The notes under the pieces: model-generated | Seen by the model: the letters and a program-made list of their open reading frames with translations, nothing else | The model's database searches: none | What the model was told of the DNA's origin: nothing | Position numbers and translations under genes: made by a program | Assembly (NCBI GenBank): GCA_965208615.1 | Contig: CBDBPB010000006.1 | Span: 32,001-96,000, forward strand | Source of the DNA: Spirochaetota bacterium | GTDB taxonomy: Bacteria; Spirochaetota; UBA6919; CBDBPB01 | Direction: 5' to 3' | DNA: 64,000 bases | Shown: positions 51,440 through 61,579 of the stretch, piece after piece | Layout: each line of letters begins with the position of its first letter | Position numbering within the stretch: the stretch's first letter is position 1

Positions 51440-53992
51440 ATGAAAAAGTTAGTAGATGTTTTTAACAGTATAAGCATACGAAATAGGTTTATATTATCCT
51501 ATTTATTTATTGCTTTACTTTTTGCTATAGCTTTTGTCATTATTTCTTATGATAGTATTAGCGGTTTTATTTTAAATAGGCATGACATTAAAAGCTATAA
51601 TTCAGAATACATTACAAAGCTTTTATTTTTTGGTTTAGCTATAATTATTATTGCATTAATTCTCTCTGTTATTGCATCTAATTATTTTAACTCCAAATTT
51701 AATAGGATCATAGCTTTATTAAAACTTTATTCTGATGGTAATTTAGAGGTACGAGAAGAGGTTAATAGTAATGATGAATTGGGATATATATTTAGGGCTC
51801 TTAATTCTATGGCTGATTCACTAGTTAAAAGCCATAATACTATTACTGGAGCAAAGGATAGAATAAAAGATTTATATGATAATGCACCTTCTATGTTTTG
51901 CGTAATGGATTTAAATGGAGTAATTTTTGATGTTAACTTAACACTATCCAATAATCTTTTAGGTACTAAGGCATCATTTATTGGCCGTAATTTTTTAGAG
52001 TTGGTATCTGATGATACTAAGGAAGTATTTGGAAATAGTTTTATAGAGTTTATTTTTAGTAGTAACGAGGATCAAAACATAGAGTTTAAGCTTAATGTAG
52101 TAGAAAATAAAAAGATTTATGTTTCAATGACATGGAATTTAATAACTAATAACAGTGAATATTATTTTAATACTGAGGCATATCATAAGGGAAAGCCTAT
52201 ATTTGGTATTCGTTCTGTGGTTAATGATATTACTAAGGAAAAAGAGGCTGAGATTCGTAAATCTACTTTACTTGATTCTATGAACAATATTCCAATGCTA
52301 TTGGGGGATGTAATAGCTGGAGAGGAGGTATTTGTATATATTCTTATAGAGCTTAGCAAGGTAGTTGACTATAAGTTTGGATGTTTACTTTTTGCTCCTG
52401 ATGAAGAGTATGGAGGATATAGAATAGCTGCTGATTTTAATCCTAACACTCAGGATTGTAATAAACTAGTTGGAGAGGGTTTTAATCCAAAGAGTAAAGA
52501 GTTAGAGTATATAATAGAAAGTAAGGATAGTCATGTTTTTGATGGTTTATGCTTTGAAGGCAGTGGAGGTAAATCTTTTATAATATCTTTGTTTATATCT
52601 GGTGAATTATATGGAATTATGATAATTGATAAGGTTAGTGATTTTAATAGTGAAGAGTTAGACTTTTGTAAGGCTTTTGCCAGTTTGATGTCTGGATCAA
52701 TACACGATCTTATTTTAAAAGAAAGGCTTCAGGTAAGTGCTATAGAGGTAAAGCAGACCTTAAAAGAGCTTGAGGATAAAAATCTTATATTGCAAAAAGA
52801 AATAGATATGGCTGTTTTTGTTCAGCAGGGTATACTGCCTCCTAAGGACTACTATTTTAATGGTATTCATATTGTTAGTTATTATGAGGCTATGGCAAAG
52901 GTTGGCGGAGATTTTTATGATTTTTTTCATATCCCTAATGGTCAGTTAGTTATACTTATTGCTGATGTATCCGGTCATGGTATTCCAGCCGCTCTTGTTA
53001 CTACTATGGCTAAAACTATTTTTAATAGGGCTGCTAATAATTCTTCTTCTCCTAAAGAGATTATGAAAGAGGCTAATCTTGAAATTTGTGCTAACGTTAA
53101 AACTGATGATTACTTATCTGCTTTTATTATCGTAATAGATAAAAAGTTTAATCTTAGTTATTCTAATGCAGGACATCAAGCCGCCTTGTTATATAGAAAG
53201 CATGAGAATAGGCTTGAAAAGCTTGACACCCCTGGTTTTTTTCTTGGTATAATGGATGAGGCAGATAGTTCTTATGAAGAAAAGTCTATTAAATTTGGCT
53301 ATGGGGATAGATTACTTTTATATACTGATGGAGTTGTAGAAAGTGTAAATGATAATAACGAGCAATTTGCTATTGAGAGGTTAGAGGATATTTTCTCAGA
53401 AAACCAGAATATGGCTGTTGATGATTTACGGGAGATAATTTTAGGACAGTTAGCAGATTTTACTAATAACAAGGAGCCTAATGATGATATATCCCTTGTG
53501 ATTGTTGAGTTAGCTGAAGAGTATGAGCAAGTTGTAGATGCTATTTATTGGGGGAATGCAAATTTTCATGTTAAAAACTATGAAGACAGTTTAAAATATT
53601 TTTATCGTGCAATTGATATTGATCATCAAAATTTAGATGTTATAATATGCATAGCAGAGTCACATTTTAGGCTTGGACAGTATGATAAAAGTATAGAGTT
53701 TTATGAGCGTTATATAGGCGTAAAAAAGAGTAATCCTATGGTTTATTTTCATTTAGGATTATCCTACTTTAAGATTGCTAACTATGATAAAGCAATTGAA
53801 AGTGGTTTAAATGCTTTAAATATTGATAAAACTTTTATTAGGGCATACCATTTATTAGGTTTAGTTTACAAAAAGCTAAAGGACTATGATGAGGCTAAAA
53901 AGTACTTTCTTGAGCTTTTAAAGATTGATCCTGACAATAAAAAAGCAAAAAATGAATTTCATCATTTAAGCTCACTAATTAATAATAAATAA
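51440..53992 (+). CDS. SpoIIE/RsbU-type PP2C phosphatase with HAMP, PAS, GAF-like and TPR domains
   Basis: 2 TM, HAMP (DELG..LNSMA), PAS (LYDNAP..DLNG..VN), VGGDFYD, IADVSGHG, YTDGV, DDISL, four C-terminal TPRs. Confidence 0.9.
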   Translation: MKKLVDVFNSISIRNRFILSYLFIALLFAIAFVIISYDSISGFILNRHDIKSYNSEYITKLLFFGLAIIIIALILSVIASNYFNSKFNRIIALLKLYSDGNLEVREEVNSNDELGYIFRALNSMADSLVKSHNTITGAKDRIKDLYDNAPSMFCVMDLNGVIFDVNLTLSNNLLGTKASFIGRNFLELVSDDTKEVFGNSFIEFIFSSNEDQNIEFKLNVVENKKIYVSMTWNLITNNSEYYFNTEAYHKGKPIFGIRSVVNDITKEKEAEIRKSTLLDSMNNIPMLLGDVIAGEEVFVYILIELSKVVDYKFGCLLFAPDEEYGGYRIAADFNPNTQDCNKLVGEGFNPKSKELEYIIESKDSHVFDGLCFEGSGGKSFIISLFISGELYGIMIIDKVSDFNSEELDFCKAFASLMSGSIHDLILKERLQVSAIEVKQTLKELEDKNLILQKEIDMAVFVQQGILPPKDYYFNGIHIVSYYEAMAKVGGDFYDFFHIPNGQLVILIADVSGHGIPAALVTTMAKTIFNRAANNSSSPKEIMKEANLEICANVKTDDYLSAFIIVIDKKFNLSYSNAGHQAALLYRKHENRLEKLDTPGFFLGIMDEADSSYEEKSIKFGYGDRLLLYTDGVVESVNDNNEQFAIERLEDIFSENQNMAVDDLREIILGQLADFTNNKEPNDDISLVIVELAEEYEQVVDAIYWGNANFHVKNYEDSLKYFYRAIDIDHQNLDVIICIAESHFRLGQYDKSIEFYERYIGVKKSNPMVYFHLGLSYFKIANYDKAIESGLNALNIDKTFIRAYHLLGLVYKKLKDYDEAKKYFLELLKIDPDNKKAKNEFHHLSSLINNK

Positions 53993-53998
53993 TTAATT

Positions 53999-54193
53999 TT
54001 AACCAACTACTTTTTCTACTTTTCCGGAGCGTAGGCATCTAGTACATATTTTAATTTTTTTTATTGACCCTTTTATATTAGCTTTAATAGTTAATAGATT
54101 TATTTTCCATTGTCGTTTAGTTTTTCTATTTGAGTGGCTTACCTTATTACCAAATTTTGTTCCTTTATTGCATATATGACAAGATCTTCCCAT
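53999..54193 (-). CDS. rpmB: 50S ribosomal protein L28 (Zn-binding form)
   Basis: CHICNK..GNKVSHSNRKTKR..NL..CTRCLRSG. Confidence 0.96.
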   Translation of the reverse strand: MGRSCHICNKGTKFGNKVSHSNRKTKRQWKINLLTIKANIKGSIKKIKICTRCLRSGKVEKVVG

Positions 54194-54384
54194 TATAACC
54201 TCTATTATTAGTATATTTAAAGTTAATATTATTTTTAATTATTGAGTGTAAATATAATAAAAATTATTAAAAGTCAAATTTTATATACTATCTTTCTTAG
54301 TTATGATTAGTTATAACTAATTTTTGAAGTCATTCGATTTTGGATGTATATTTTTTTTACTATTATTTTACTATATAGGTATTT

Positions 54385-55998
54385 ATGTTTATAAACAGGT
54401 CTCGTGCTATAATTATTTTTATTTTAACAATTATTTTTACTATGGGAATCGTATTTAGGTTAACCAGTCTATCTTTTATTGGTATTTTTAATAAAAAGCA
54501 TAGTTTCCCTATTAATAACACTGTATTAAGGGGCATGATTTTTGATAGAAACGGCATTATTATGGCGGGGAGTAGACAGGTTTACTCTATAGCTGCTGAT
54601 CCTCAGGAGTTAAATAATATTAATAGAATGGAGCTTAGGGAAAGGTTAAATGAGCTTAGTAGAATATTGGGCATAAAGACTAATAAAATCATTAATATAC
54701 TATTGAGGGGAGCCAGTAAAAAGTTTGTATGGCTTAAGCGTAAGGTACAAAATAAGGCATATTTAGCTATTAAGTCTTTGAATATTAAGGGTATATATTT
54801 TAAGGAGGAGTATAAAAGGGTTTATCCACATTCTAGTACTGCATCACATTTATTGGGCTTTGCTGGTATTGATGATGTTGGTTTAGAGGGTTTGGAGTTA
54901 GCTTATGATGATATTCTTAAGCCTGACAGTGATAATAAAGAGATAGCTTATGGAGATCATTTATATTTGACTATTGATTATTATATTCAGAGAATAGCAG
55001 AGAGGGTTTTAGAAGGGGGTGTAAAAAAGTATAATGCTGAAGGGGGGACTATATTGGTTATGGATTCATCAAACGGAGAGATTCTTTCTTTGGCAAACTA
55101 TCCCAATTATGATAATAATAGATTTCAGTTATATTCTAAGGTTAGTTATAAGAACGTTGCTATTACTAACCATTATGAACCTGGATCTACATTTAAGATG
55201 TTTGTTGCGGCAATGCTTTTGGAGGAAAAGAAGGTTAATCTTAAGGAGTTATTTTATTGTTCTGGCAGTATAACTATAGGGGGCAGATTAATTAAGTGTC
55301 CTCATAAGCATGGATATATTGATATAAGGGGAATATTAAAAAAGTCTTGCAATGTGGGGATAATAACGGCATCCATGAGATTACAAAGAAAGGTATTTTA
55401 TAATTATTTAAAGAGGTTTGGTTTTGGAGAGGAGACAAAATTAGGTTTATTAGGTGAGAGTGCTGGAGTTATTAAGAATTATAATAAAATAAACGCTTTA
55501 TCACAGGCTATGATTTCTTTTGGTTATGAGGTAGCTGTAACTCCGTTGCAGTTAGCCATGGCATCATCAGTTATAGCAAATGGAGGTATTTTATATAAGC
55601 CTATACTCATTAAGAAGCTTGTTGATAAGGATAATAGGGTATTTAGCAGGGCTAGTTCTGTTGTTAGAAGGAGGGTTATATCTAAAAGGACATCTAGTCA
55701 GCTTATGTTTATGCTTGAGTCGGTATTAGAGCCGGGTGGTACCGGAGAAAGGGGGAATATTAAGGGGATATCCATAGCTGGCAAAACTGGAACGGTTAAC
55801 ATTTATAATCCTGAAAGGGGTAAATATGATTCAGACAATGTTAACACGATATTCATTGGATTTTTACCTAGTTATGATAGGGTTTTAACAGTATTAGTTA
55901 TGTTCCGCAAGCCGGGGACTAATAAGTCATCTAGTTTTGTATCAGTACCTATTTTTAAGAAGCTTGCATCAGAGATATTATCGAAGGGTTTGTACTGA
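54385..55998 (+). CDS. ftsI: Class B penicillin-binding protein (FtsI/PBP3-like)
   Basis: RGMIFDRNG, RVYP, GLEGLE, EPGSTFK (SxxK), SCN (SxN), GKTGT. Confidence 0.85.
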   Translation: MFINRSRAIIIFILTIIFTMGIVFRLTSLSFIGIFNKKHSFPINNTVLRGMIFDRNGIIMAGSRQVYSIAADPQELNNINRMELRERLNELSRILGIKTNKIINILLRGASKKFVWLKRKVQNKAYLAIKSLNIKGIYFKEEYKRVYPHSSTASHLLGFAGIDDVGLEGLELAYDDILKPDSDNKEIAYGDHLYLTIDYYIQRIAERVLEGGVKKYNAEGGTILVMDSSNGEILSLANYPNYDNNRFQLYSKVSYKNVAITNHYEPGSTFKMFVAAMLLEEKKVNLKELFYCSGSITIGGRLIKCPHKHGYIDIRGILKKSCNVGIITASMRLQRKVFYNYLKRFGFGEETKLGLLGESAGVIKNYNKINALSQAMISFGYEVAVTPLQLAMASSVIANGGILYKPILIKKLVDKDNRVFSRASSVVRRRVISKRTSSQLMFMLESVLEPGGTGERGNIKGISIAGKTGTVNIYNPERGKYDSDNVNTIFIGFLPSYDRVLTVLVMFRKPGTNKSSSFVSVPIFKKLASEILSKGLY

Positions 55999-56015
55999 AG
56001 TATGTTAGGAGTAGT

Positions 56016-56243
56016 TATTAAGCTTTTCAACGTTGATATGGAAAGTGTATTTTAATGTATACATATCTTATTGTACAGTTAAATATAGTAAAAATGACAT
56101 TTTATGATAATTTGATTATTAAAGAGTGACAATTATTTTATAACATATAACGTAAAGGCAAGTGTACTTTAGATTTATTTGTGGAACAGGAAAAATAAAA
56201 TATTGATGGAAAAGTTATTTTCTTGTGTCAAACAGATTATCCT
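56016..56243. repeat. Degenerate dispersed intergenic repeat, copy B
   Basis: Matches 17107-17344 and 33541-33583 in the same orientation. Left boundary approximate. Confidence 0.8.
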
Positions 56244-56280
56244 CATCACTTTAAGTGCTATTAAGAATCCATATTTTGGC

Positions 56281-56655
56281 TTATCCTGAATACGGCTTTT
56301 TGGGAGAGTCTATAAAAAATGAACAATGATAATCTAATATTTTACCCTCTCCATAAAAAAAATATGAAAAATTAGAACGATTATCATAATTCTCCATAGT
56401 AACAATGCTAATGCTTAACTTTTTGAATATTCTATCTGCAATCTTATTGTATAGTATTTCAGAACTAAGAGTTGAATCAAGTTCTATGTCTATCCCTATA
56501 TTATAGTCGTTATTAGAGAAGTTTTTGCGTATGCGAATCCTATGTATAGGAAAAATAAACAATAACTCCTCTAGATATGGCTTAAATTTTAACTCTTTTT
56601 TAGTAAGCTTAAACTCTGGTACTTCGCTTACACCATTATAAACTTGAAAAATCAT
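56281..56655 (-). CDS. Hypothetical protein
   Basis: 124-aa ORF with AAGG before the ATG, filling an otherwise empty gap. No recognised motif. Confidence 0.5.
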   Translation of the reverse strand: MIFQVYNGVSEVPEFKLTKKELKFKPYLEELLFIFPIHRIRIRKNFSNNDYNIGIDIELDSTLSSEILYNKIADRIFKKLSISIVTMENYDNRSNFSYFFYGEGKILDYHCSFFIDSPKKPYSG

Positions 56656-56919
56656 AAACTACCTTGACTATAATCTTTTACCTATTTATATAAACTATAT
56701 CGACAAAGGGTTTATGATATTCAATTTGCACTTATTTACTACAAGTATTTGCTCTTCTATTTAAATATAGATAATTATTTCTATAATAATAAATAGCCAT
56801 GTTAAAAAATAAGTTTTAGTAAAAAAAATAAAATTTACCTACGAAATTTAAAACTATTATGTTTAATATATATATAATTTTTACGATAATTCAAAAATAA
56901 ACTTAAGTTAGAGGTAATT

Positions 56920-57423
56920 ATGCAGGGAGAAGGCTCTTTAAGTAAAGAGGATATTGATGCTTTGTTGATGGGATCAGAAGATGCTGATGTTGCTACCGAA
57001 GCTGAAGAAAAACCACAATCGGATGACAACCTAACTAAAGATTTGGGTGATATGACTGACTTTAGTAGTTCTGCTTCTGATGCAGAAGAAGAACCTGTTA
57101 CAGTAAAAAAAGAAAAAACTATAAAAAAGCATAGCAAAGCTAAAAATATAGAATTTGAAGATTCAGAAAATATGGAGTTGCTATTAGACGTTAAAATGAA
57201 TCTCTCTGTAGAGCTTGGTAGGGCTAAAATGCAAATAGAAAAAGTACTCGACCTTGGCCCAGGAGCAGTTGTTGAACTGGATAAGCTTAATGGTGAATAT
57301 GTTGATATAATGGTGAATAATCGATTAGTTGCTCGCGGTGAGGTGGTTGCCGTTGATGAGACTTTTGGAGTAAGAATTGTAGAGATTATTGATCCTAGTG
57401 AAAGATTTAAAATCGAACTTTAG
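56920..57423 (+). CDS. fliN: Flagellar motor switch protein FliN
   Basis: C-terminal SpoA domain LLLDV...VELGR..GAVVELDK..ARGEVVAVDETFGVRI; N-terminal LSKEDIDALL. Confidence 0.92.
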   Translation: MQGEGSLSKEDIDALLMGSEDADVATEAEEKPQSDDNLTKDLGDMTDFSSSASDAEEEPVTVKKEKTIKKHSKAKNIEFEDSENMELLLDVKMNLSVELGRAKMQIEKVLDLGPGAVVELDKLNGEYVDIMVNNRLVARGEVVAVDETFGVRIVEIIDPSERFKIEL

Positions 57424-57516
57424 TAAAACCCTGAAAATCTATATTAAATAGTAGGAAAATGTAAATAATAGGTTATATTTTATTTTACAGGAAAGATAAA
57501 ATTGGGGTTTTTTTTA

Positions 57517-58197
57517 ATGGTATTACATAGAGGAGATAGTGATAATCTAACTGGTAATGGAATAGTCTATTGGAACGTGGAAGGAGAAAACTTTATTGCA
57601 TCTGGCTACGAGGTTTTCGCTATTAATTTCATCGTCTCATCACTACAATTGGATAATAAGTTGTTGACCGCTACTTTTCCACCAATACCTTTTCAAAATG
57701 TTAATGCTCTCTTTGATAGGCTTGTTGATGTGCAATGTGATATTATTTACGGCGGTGATATAAAATTTCCTGATACTCAAAAAAACTTTTCAAGCTTTTA
57801 TAAAAATGAATTTGCTAAATATAACAAAATAATTGAAGAATATGTAGAGTGTTATAAAGAAAAGTTTATTGTTATAGTGGAAAAGCTTAGTGAACAAGAA
57901 AAATTATACATGCTAAAAGATATTGCTAATAAAACCAGAATAGAACTACAAGAAGGCGGTAAAACAAGGCTTTTATTTAAAAAGAAAATAAAAAAATTAA
58001 CAGAGACTTTAGAGTCTAATAAATATGATTTGTCGAATTTTAAACAGGCTATTTTTATGCCTGGTAAGGTTGGTGATGAGTTATCCTCGCTATATATAAA
58101 AAAGTTCTTTGCTATTTTTTATGAGGACTATGAAGATGCCTTGCTTATAAAAAATGAAATTACTGTTTTAGAGAAACACCTTAATAAAGATATTTAA
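57517..58197 (+). CDS. Hypothetical protein with C-terminal UVR-like motif
   Basis: Long ORF between fliN and murB; EDYEDALLIKNEI resembles the UvrB/C coiled-coil motif. Confidence 0.6.
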   Translation: MVLHRGDSDNLTGNGIVYWNVEGENFIASGYEVFAINFIVSSLQLDNKLLTATFPPIPFQNVNALFDRLVDVQCDIIYGGDIKFPDTQKNFSSFYKNEFAKYNKIIEEYVECYKEKFIVIVEKLSEQEKLYMLKDIANKTRIELQEGGKTRLLFKKKIKKLTETLESNKYDLSNFKQAIFMPGKVGDELSSLYIKKFFAIFYEDYEDALLIKNEITVLEKHLNKDI

Positions 58198-58212
58198 CTG
58201 TTAAAAAAAAAT

Positions 58213-59082
58213 ATGAAAGAAATGAAAAATATTTTTTTATCTGAGTTAACTAGCTTTAAAATAGGCGGTAAGGCTAAGAGCTTTTTTAAGCCAGCTACAG
58301 TTGAAGAGGCTATAAGCACTTTAACCTTTTTGAAAAAACAAAATATTACTTATTTTATCTTGGGTGGTGGTAGTAACGTATTAATAGGTAGTAAGGATTA
58401 TGATGGAGCTGTTATATCCACTTTATCTATGGATTGGGTTAATTTAGAGGATAACGCTCTTAGAGCAGGTTCTGGCTTATTAAGTAGTGATTTGTCTGTT
58501 TTTGCCTATAAAAATGCTATTAGAGGGTTTGAGTTTTTGTATAAGCTTCCTGGTACGGTTGGTGGAGCAGTTCTAATGAACGCTAAGGCTTTTAATAGTA
58601 GTATTAGTGATATAGTCTTGGAGGTTAAAGTAGTTGATAGGGAGAATAAAATAAGGGTCTTTTTAGGTAATGAAATAGACTTTGAATATAAAAAAAGTAT
58701 TTTTCAAAATAATGATTATTTAATTGTAGAGGTAGTTTTAAAGGCAGATAGGGGGAGTAGTAGTAAGATTAAGGCTATAATGGAATTTAATGAAAAAAAG
58801 AGGCTATCTTCTGGACACTATAACTATCCTAGTGCTGGGTGTATATTTAAAAACAACTATAACATTGGAATACCAAGTGGAAAACTAATAGATGACTTAG
58901 GCTTAAAAGGTGAGAGAGTTGGTGATGCCCAAGTATACGAAAAACATGCTAATTTCATTATTAATAGGGGAAAGGCAACTTCTGATGACGTTATAAGCCT
59001 TATTAATAAAATTAAAAAAAAGGTTATGAAAGAAAGAAATATTAACTTGGAGTGTGAAGTTAAATTTCATGGGGAGTTATAG
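58213..59082 (+). CDS. murB: UDP-N-acetylenolpyruvoylglucosamine reductase
   Basis: FKIGGKA, LGGGSNVL, PGTVGGAVLMNA, PSAGCIFKN, HANFIIN. Confidence 0.95.
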   Translation: MKEMKNIFLSELTSFKIGGKAKSFFKPATVEEAISTLTFLKKQNITYFILGGGSNVLIGSKDYDGAVISTLSMDWVNLEDNALRAGSGLLSSDLSVFAYKNAIRGFEFLYKLPGTVGGAVLMNAKAFNSSISDIVLEVKVVDRENKIRVFLGNEIDFEYKKSIFQNNDYLIVEVVLKADRGSSSKIKAIMEFNEKKRLSSGHYNYPSAGCIFKNNYNIGIPSGKLIDDLGLKGERVGDAQVYEKHANFIINRGKATSDDVISLINKIKKKVMKERNINLECEVKFHGEL

Positions 59083-59152
59083 TATAATTCCTTATTGGCG
59101 GGTCTGCTATTTTGTTGTTTAGATAATATGCTATCTTAAACTGGATGAATTA

Positions 59153-61381
59153 TTGAAAAAGCATTTAATGATAATTGGAGGCGGGCTTCTTCAGGTACCT
59201 GTTATCCAGACTGCTAAAGAAATGGGTTTAGCTACCATTGTTACGGATTATAACAAATCTGCCTATGGTTTAAAGATTGCCGATTACCCTATTATTATGA
59301 GTACTAGGGATATAGAAGGTACTGTTAGGGTTGCACGGGCATTTAACGATCACATTGCTATTGATGGGGTTATTACGGTTGGTACTGATGCCTCTATGAC
59401 TGTAGCCGCTGTAGCTGGGGCTATTAATCTTAGTGGGATTAAGTTTGAGAATGCTTTAGCCGCTACTAATAAACTTAAAATGCGTCAAAGGTTTGAGGAG
59501 CATTGTGTACCATCCACTGGTTTCATGGGATGCTGGACTAAAGAAGAAAGTTTTATAGCTGTTAAAGATCTTGGTTTACCTGTTGTTGTAAAGCCTACTA
59601 CGAATATGGGTGCTCGCGGTGTAACTAGAGTAAATCATAAGGATAATCTTGAAAAGGCATTTAACCTTGCTAAGCAGAACTCTCCTAGTGGAGAGGTGAT
59701 TATTGAGCAATATATTGAGGGCTATGAGCTTAGTATTGATGCACTTATATTTAATAATAAGTTTTACGTTTCTGGTATTGCTGATAGGATAATTCAATAT
59801 AGTCCATATTTTGTTGAAATTGGACATATAATGCCTTCTAACAAGCCTAAGCAAGTTATTGAAGAGGCTATTAGGGTTATGAAGAGCGGCACAAAAGCTT
59901 TGGGATTAGACATTGGTGCTGCAAAGGGAGATATTAGGGTTAACTCTGATGGCGCTAAGATTATTGAACTTGCAGCTAGGCTGTCTGGCGGGTTTATGTC
60001 TGCTTATACTTATCCTTATTCTACTGGGGTTAATTTAATAAAAAATGCGATTTTAATTGCTTTGGGCGAAGAGCCTAAAGAAATGACTCCTGTTTTAGAT
60101 AATACTTCTGTTGAGATGGCTATTATCCCTGAACCGGGAATAGTTAAGTCTATTTATGGGGTGGATAATGCTAAAGCACTTAAAGGGGTTAAAAATGTTT
60201 TTATTAATGTTCAGGAAGGGGATATAGTAAGAACCCCTACTAATAACATTGAGAAAAGCGGGCATATAATATCTGTTGCTAAGACTCGGGATGAAGCACT
60301 TAAAATCATTGAAAAAGCATTAGCGTGTATAAAAATTGATACAGAAAAAGAAGGGGATATTAGTTATAATGAGATTAAGCGTAATGCTCTTAAGAATTTT
60401 AATAAGACATGCTTTGTTTGCAAGGTTTGTGACGGCAGGGAGTGTAAGGGACAAGTACCTGGTATGGGGGGGATTGGTGATGCTAGTTCATTTTTCAATA
60501 ATATAAAGGCCTTAAAAAGATATAACATTATTCCTTCTTACGTACACGATGTAGCTTTTCCTGATTTAAGGACAGAGTTATTTGGATATAATTTAAGTTT
60601 TCCATTAATAATTGCCCCTATTACTGGGACTAAGACTAATATGGGTGGACTTATTGATGAATTAGACTTTGTAAGGGCAATGACTAAAGGGGCTCAAATA
60701 TCGGGGACTATTGCTATGGTAGGCGATGGTGCTAGTCCTGATAAATATCTTGATGGTTTAAGTGCAATTAAAGATCTTAGGGGTAGGGGTATTCCTATAT
60801 TTAAGCCAAGGGTTAATCAAGAAGAAATCATAAAGAGGATTCACGAGGCAGAAAAGGTTAATGCTATTGCTGTTGGAATGGATATAGATGCTGCATATTT
60901 TAGGACTATGAAGCTTAAGGATCAGAAGGTTGAACCTAAAAGCATTCACAAAATCAAGAACTTAGTAAACTCTACTAAACTACCATTTATTTTGAAGGGT
61001 ATTATGAGTAGGACTGATGCTCTTAGGGCATTAGATACTGGTGCCAAGGCAATTATTGTATCTAATCATGGTGGGAGGGTTATGGAGTCTATGTTTGGTA
61101 GTGTTGATGTTCTTGGGGAGATTGTTGATTCCGTTGGTAAGTATATGACTATTATGGTGGATGGTGGTTTTCGTAGTGGGGTGGATATATTTAAGGGTCT
61201 TGCTTTGGGAGCGGATATAGTTTGTGTAGGCAGGCCAGTAGTTATTGGTGCATATGGCGGTAGAGAGAGAGGGGTTAAATTTGTACTTGATCAGTTTAAG
61301 GAAGAGTTAAAGAAAGCAATGATATTAACTGGAGTCAGTACTATTAAGGACTTTCATAGGGAACTTTTAAGTCAGTCTTAG
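59153..61381 (+). CDS. ATP-grasp ligase fused to FMN-dependent alpha-hydroxy-acid dehydrogenase with a Cys cluster
   Basis: VKP..GARGV, EQYIEG, IELAARLSG (ATP-grasp); CFVCKVCDGREC, LKGI, VSNHGGR, DGGFRSG..KGLALGA..GRP (FMN_dh). Confidence 0.88.
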   Translation: MKKHLMIIGGGLLQVPVIQTAKEMGLATIVTDYNKSAYGLKIADYPIIMSTRDIEGTVRVARAFNDHIAIDGVITVGTDASMTVAAVAGAINLSGIKFENALAATNKLKMRQRFEEHCVPSTGFMGCWTKEESFIAVKDLGLPVVVKPTTNMGARGVTRVNHKDNLEKAFNLAKQNSPSGEVIIEQYIEGYELSIDALIFNNKFYVSGIADRIIQYSPYFVEIGHIMPSNKPKQVIEEAIRVMKSGTKALGLDIGAAKGDIRVNSDGAKIIELAARLSGGFMSAYTYPYSTGVNLIKNAILIALGEEPKEMTPVLDNTSVEMAIIPEPGIVKSIYGVDNAKALKGVKNVFINVQEGDIVRTPTNNIEKSGHIISVAKTRDEALKIIEKALACIKIDTEKEGDISYNEIKRNALKNFNKTCFVCKVCDGRECKGQVPGMGGIGDASSFFNNIKALKRYNIIPSYVHDVAFPDLRTELFGYNLSFPLIIAPITGTKTNMGGLIDELDFVRAMTKGAQISGTIAMVGDGASPDKYLDGLSAIKDLRGRGIPIFKPRVNQEEIIKRIHEAEKVNAIAVGMDIDAAYFRTMKLKDQKVEPKSIHKIKNLVNSTKLPFILKGIMSRTDALRALDTGAKAIIVSNHGGRVMESMFGSVDVLGEIVDSVGKYMTIMVDGGFRSGVDIFKGLALGADIVCVGRPVVIGAYGGRERGVKFVLDQFKEELKKAMILTGVSTIKDFHRELLSQS

Positions 61382-61579
61382 CATATATATAATTAACATA
61401 AATCCACTAGAATATTGATAACTACCTGTATAAAAAAGTATACATTAGAATACACATATAACACCTATATTATAAAGTTTAATAACAATATTAAATACTA
61501 TGTCTTATAATTTATTTTACTTGACTTTTTTATAACTTCGTGTTATATCTTACTTAGAAAATGCGAAGTGAGCTTTATT

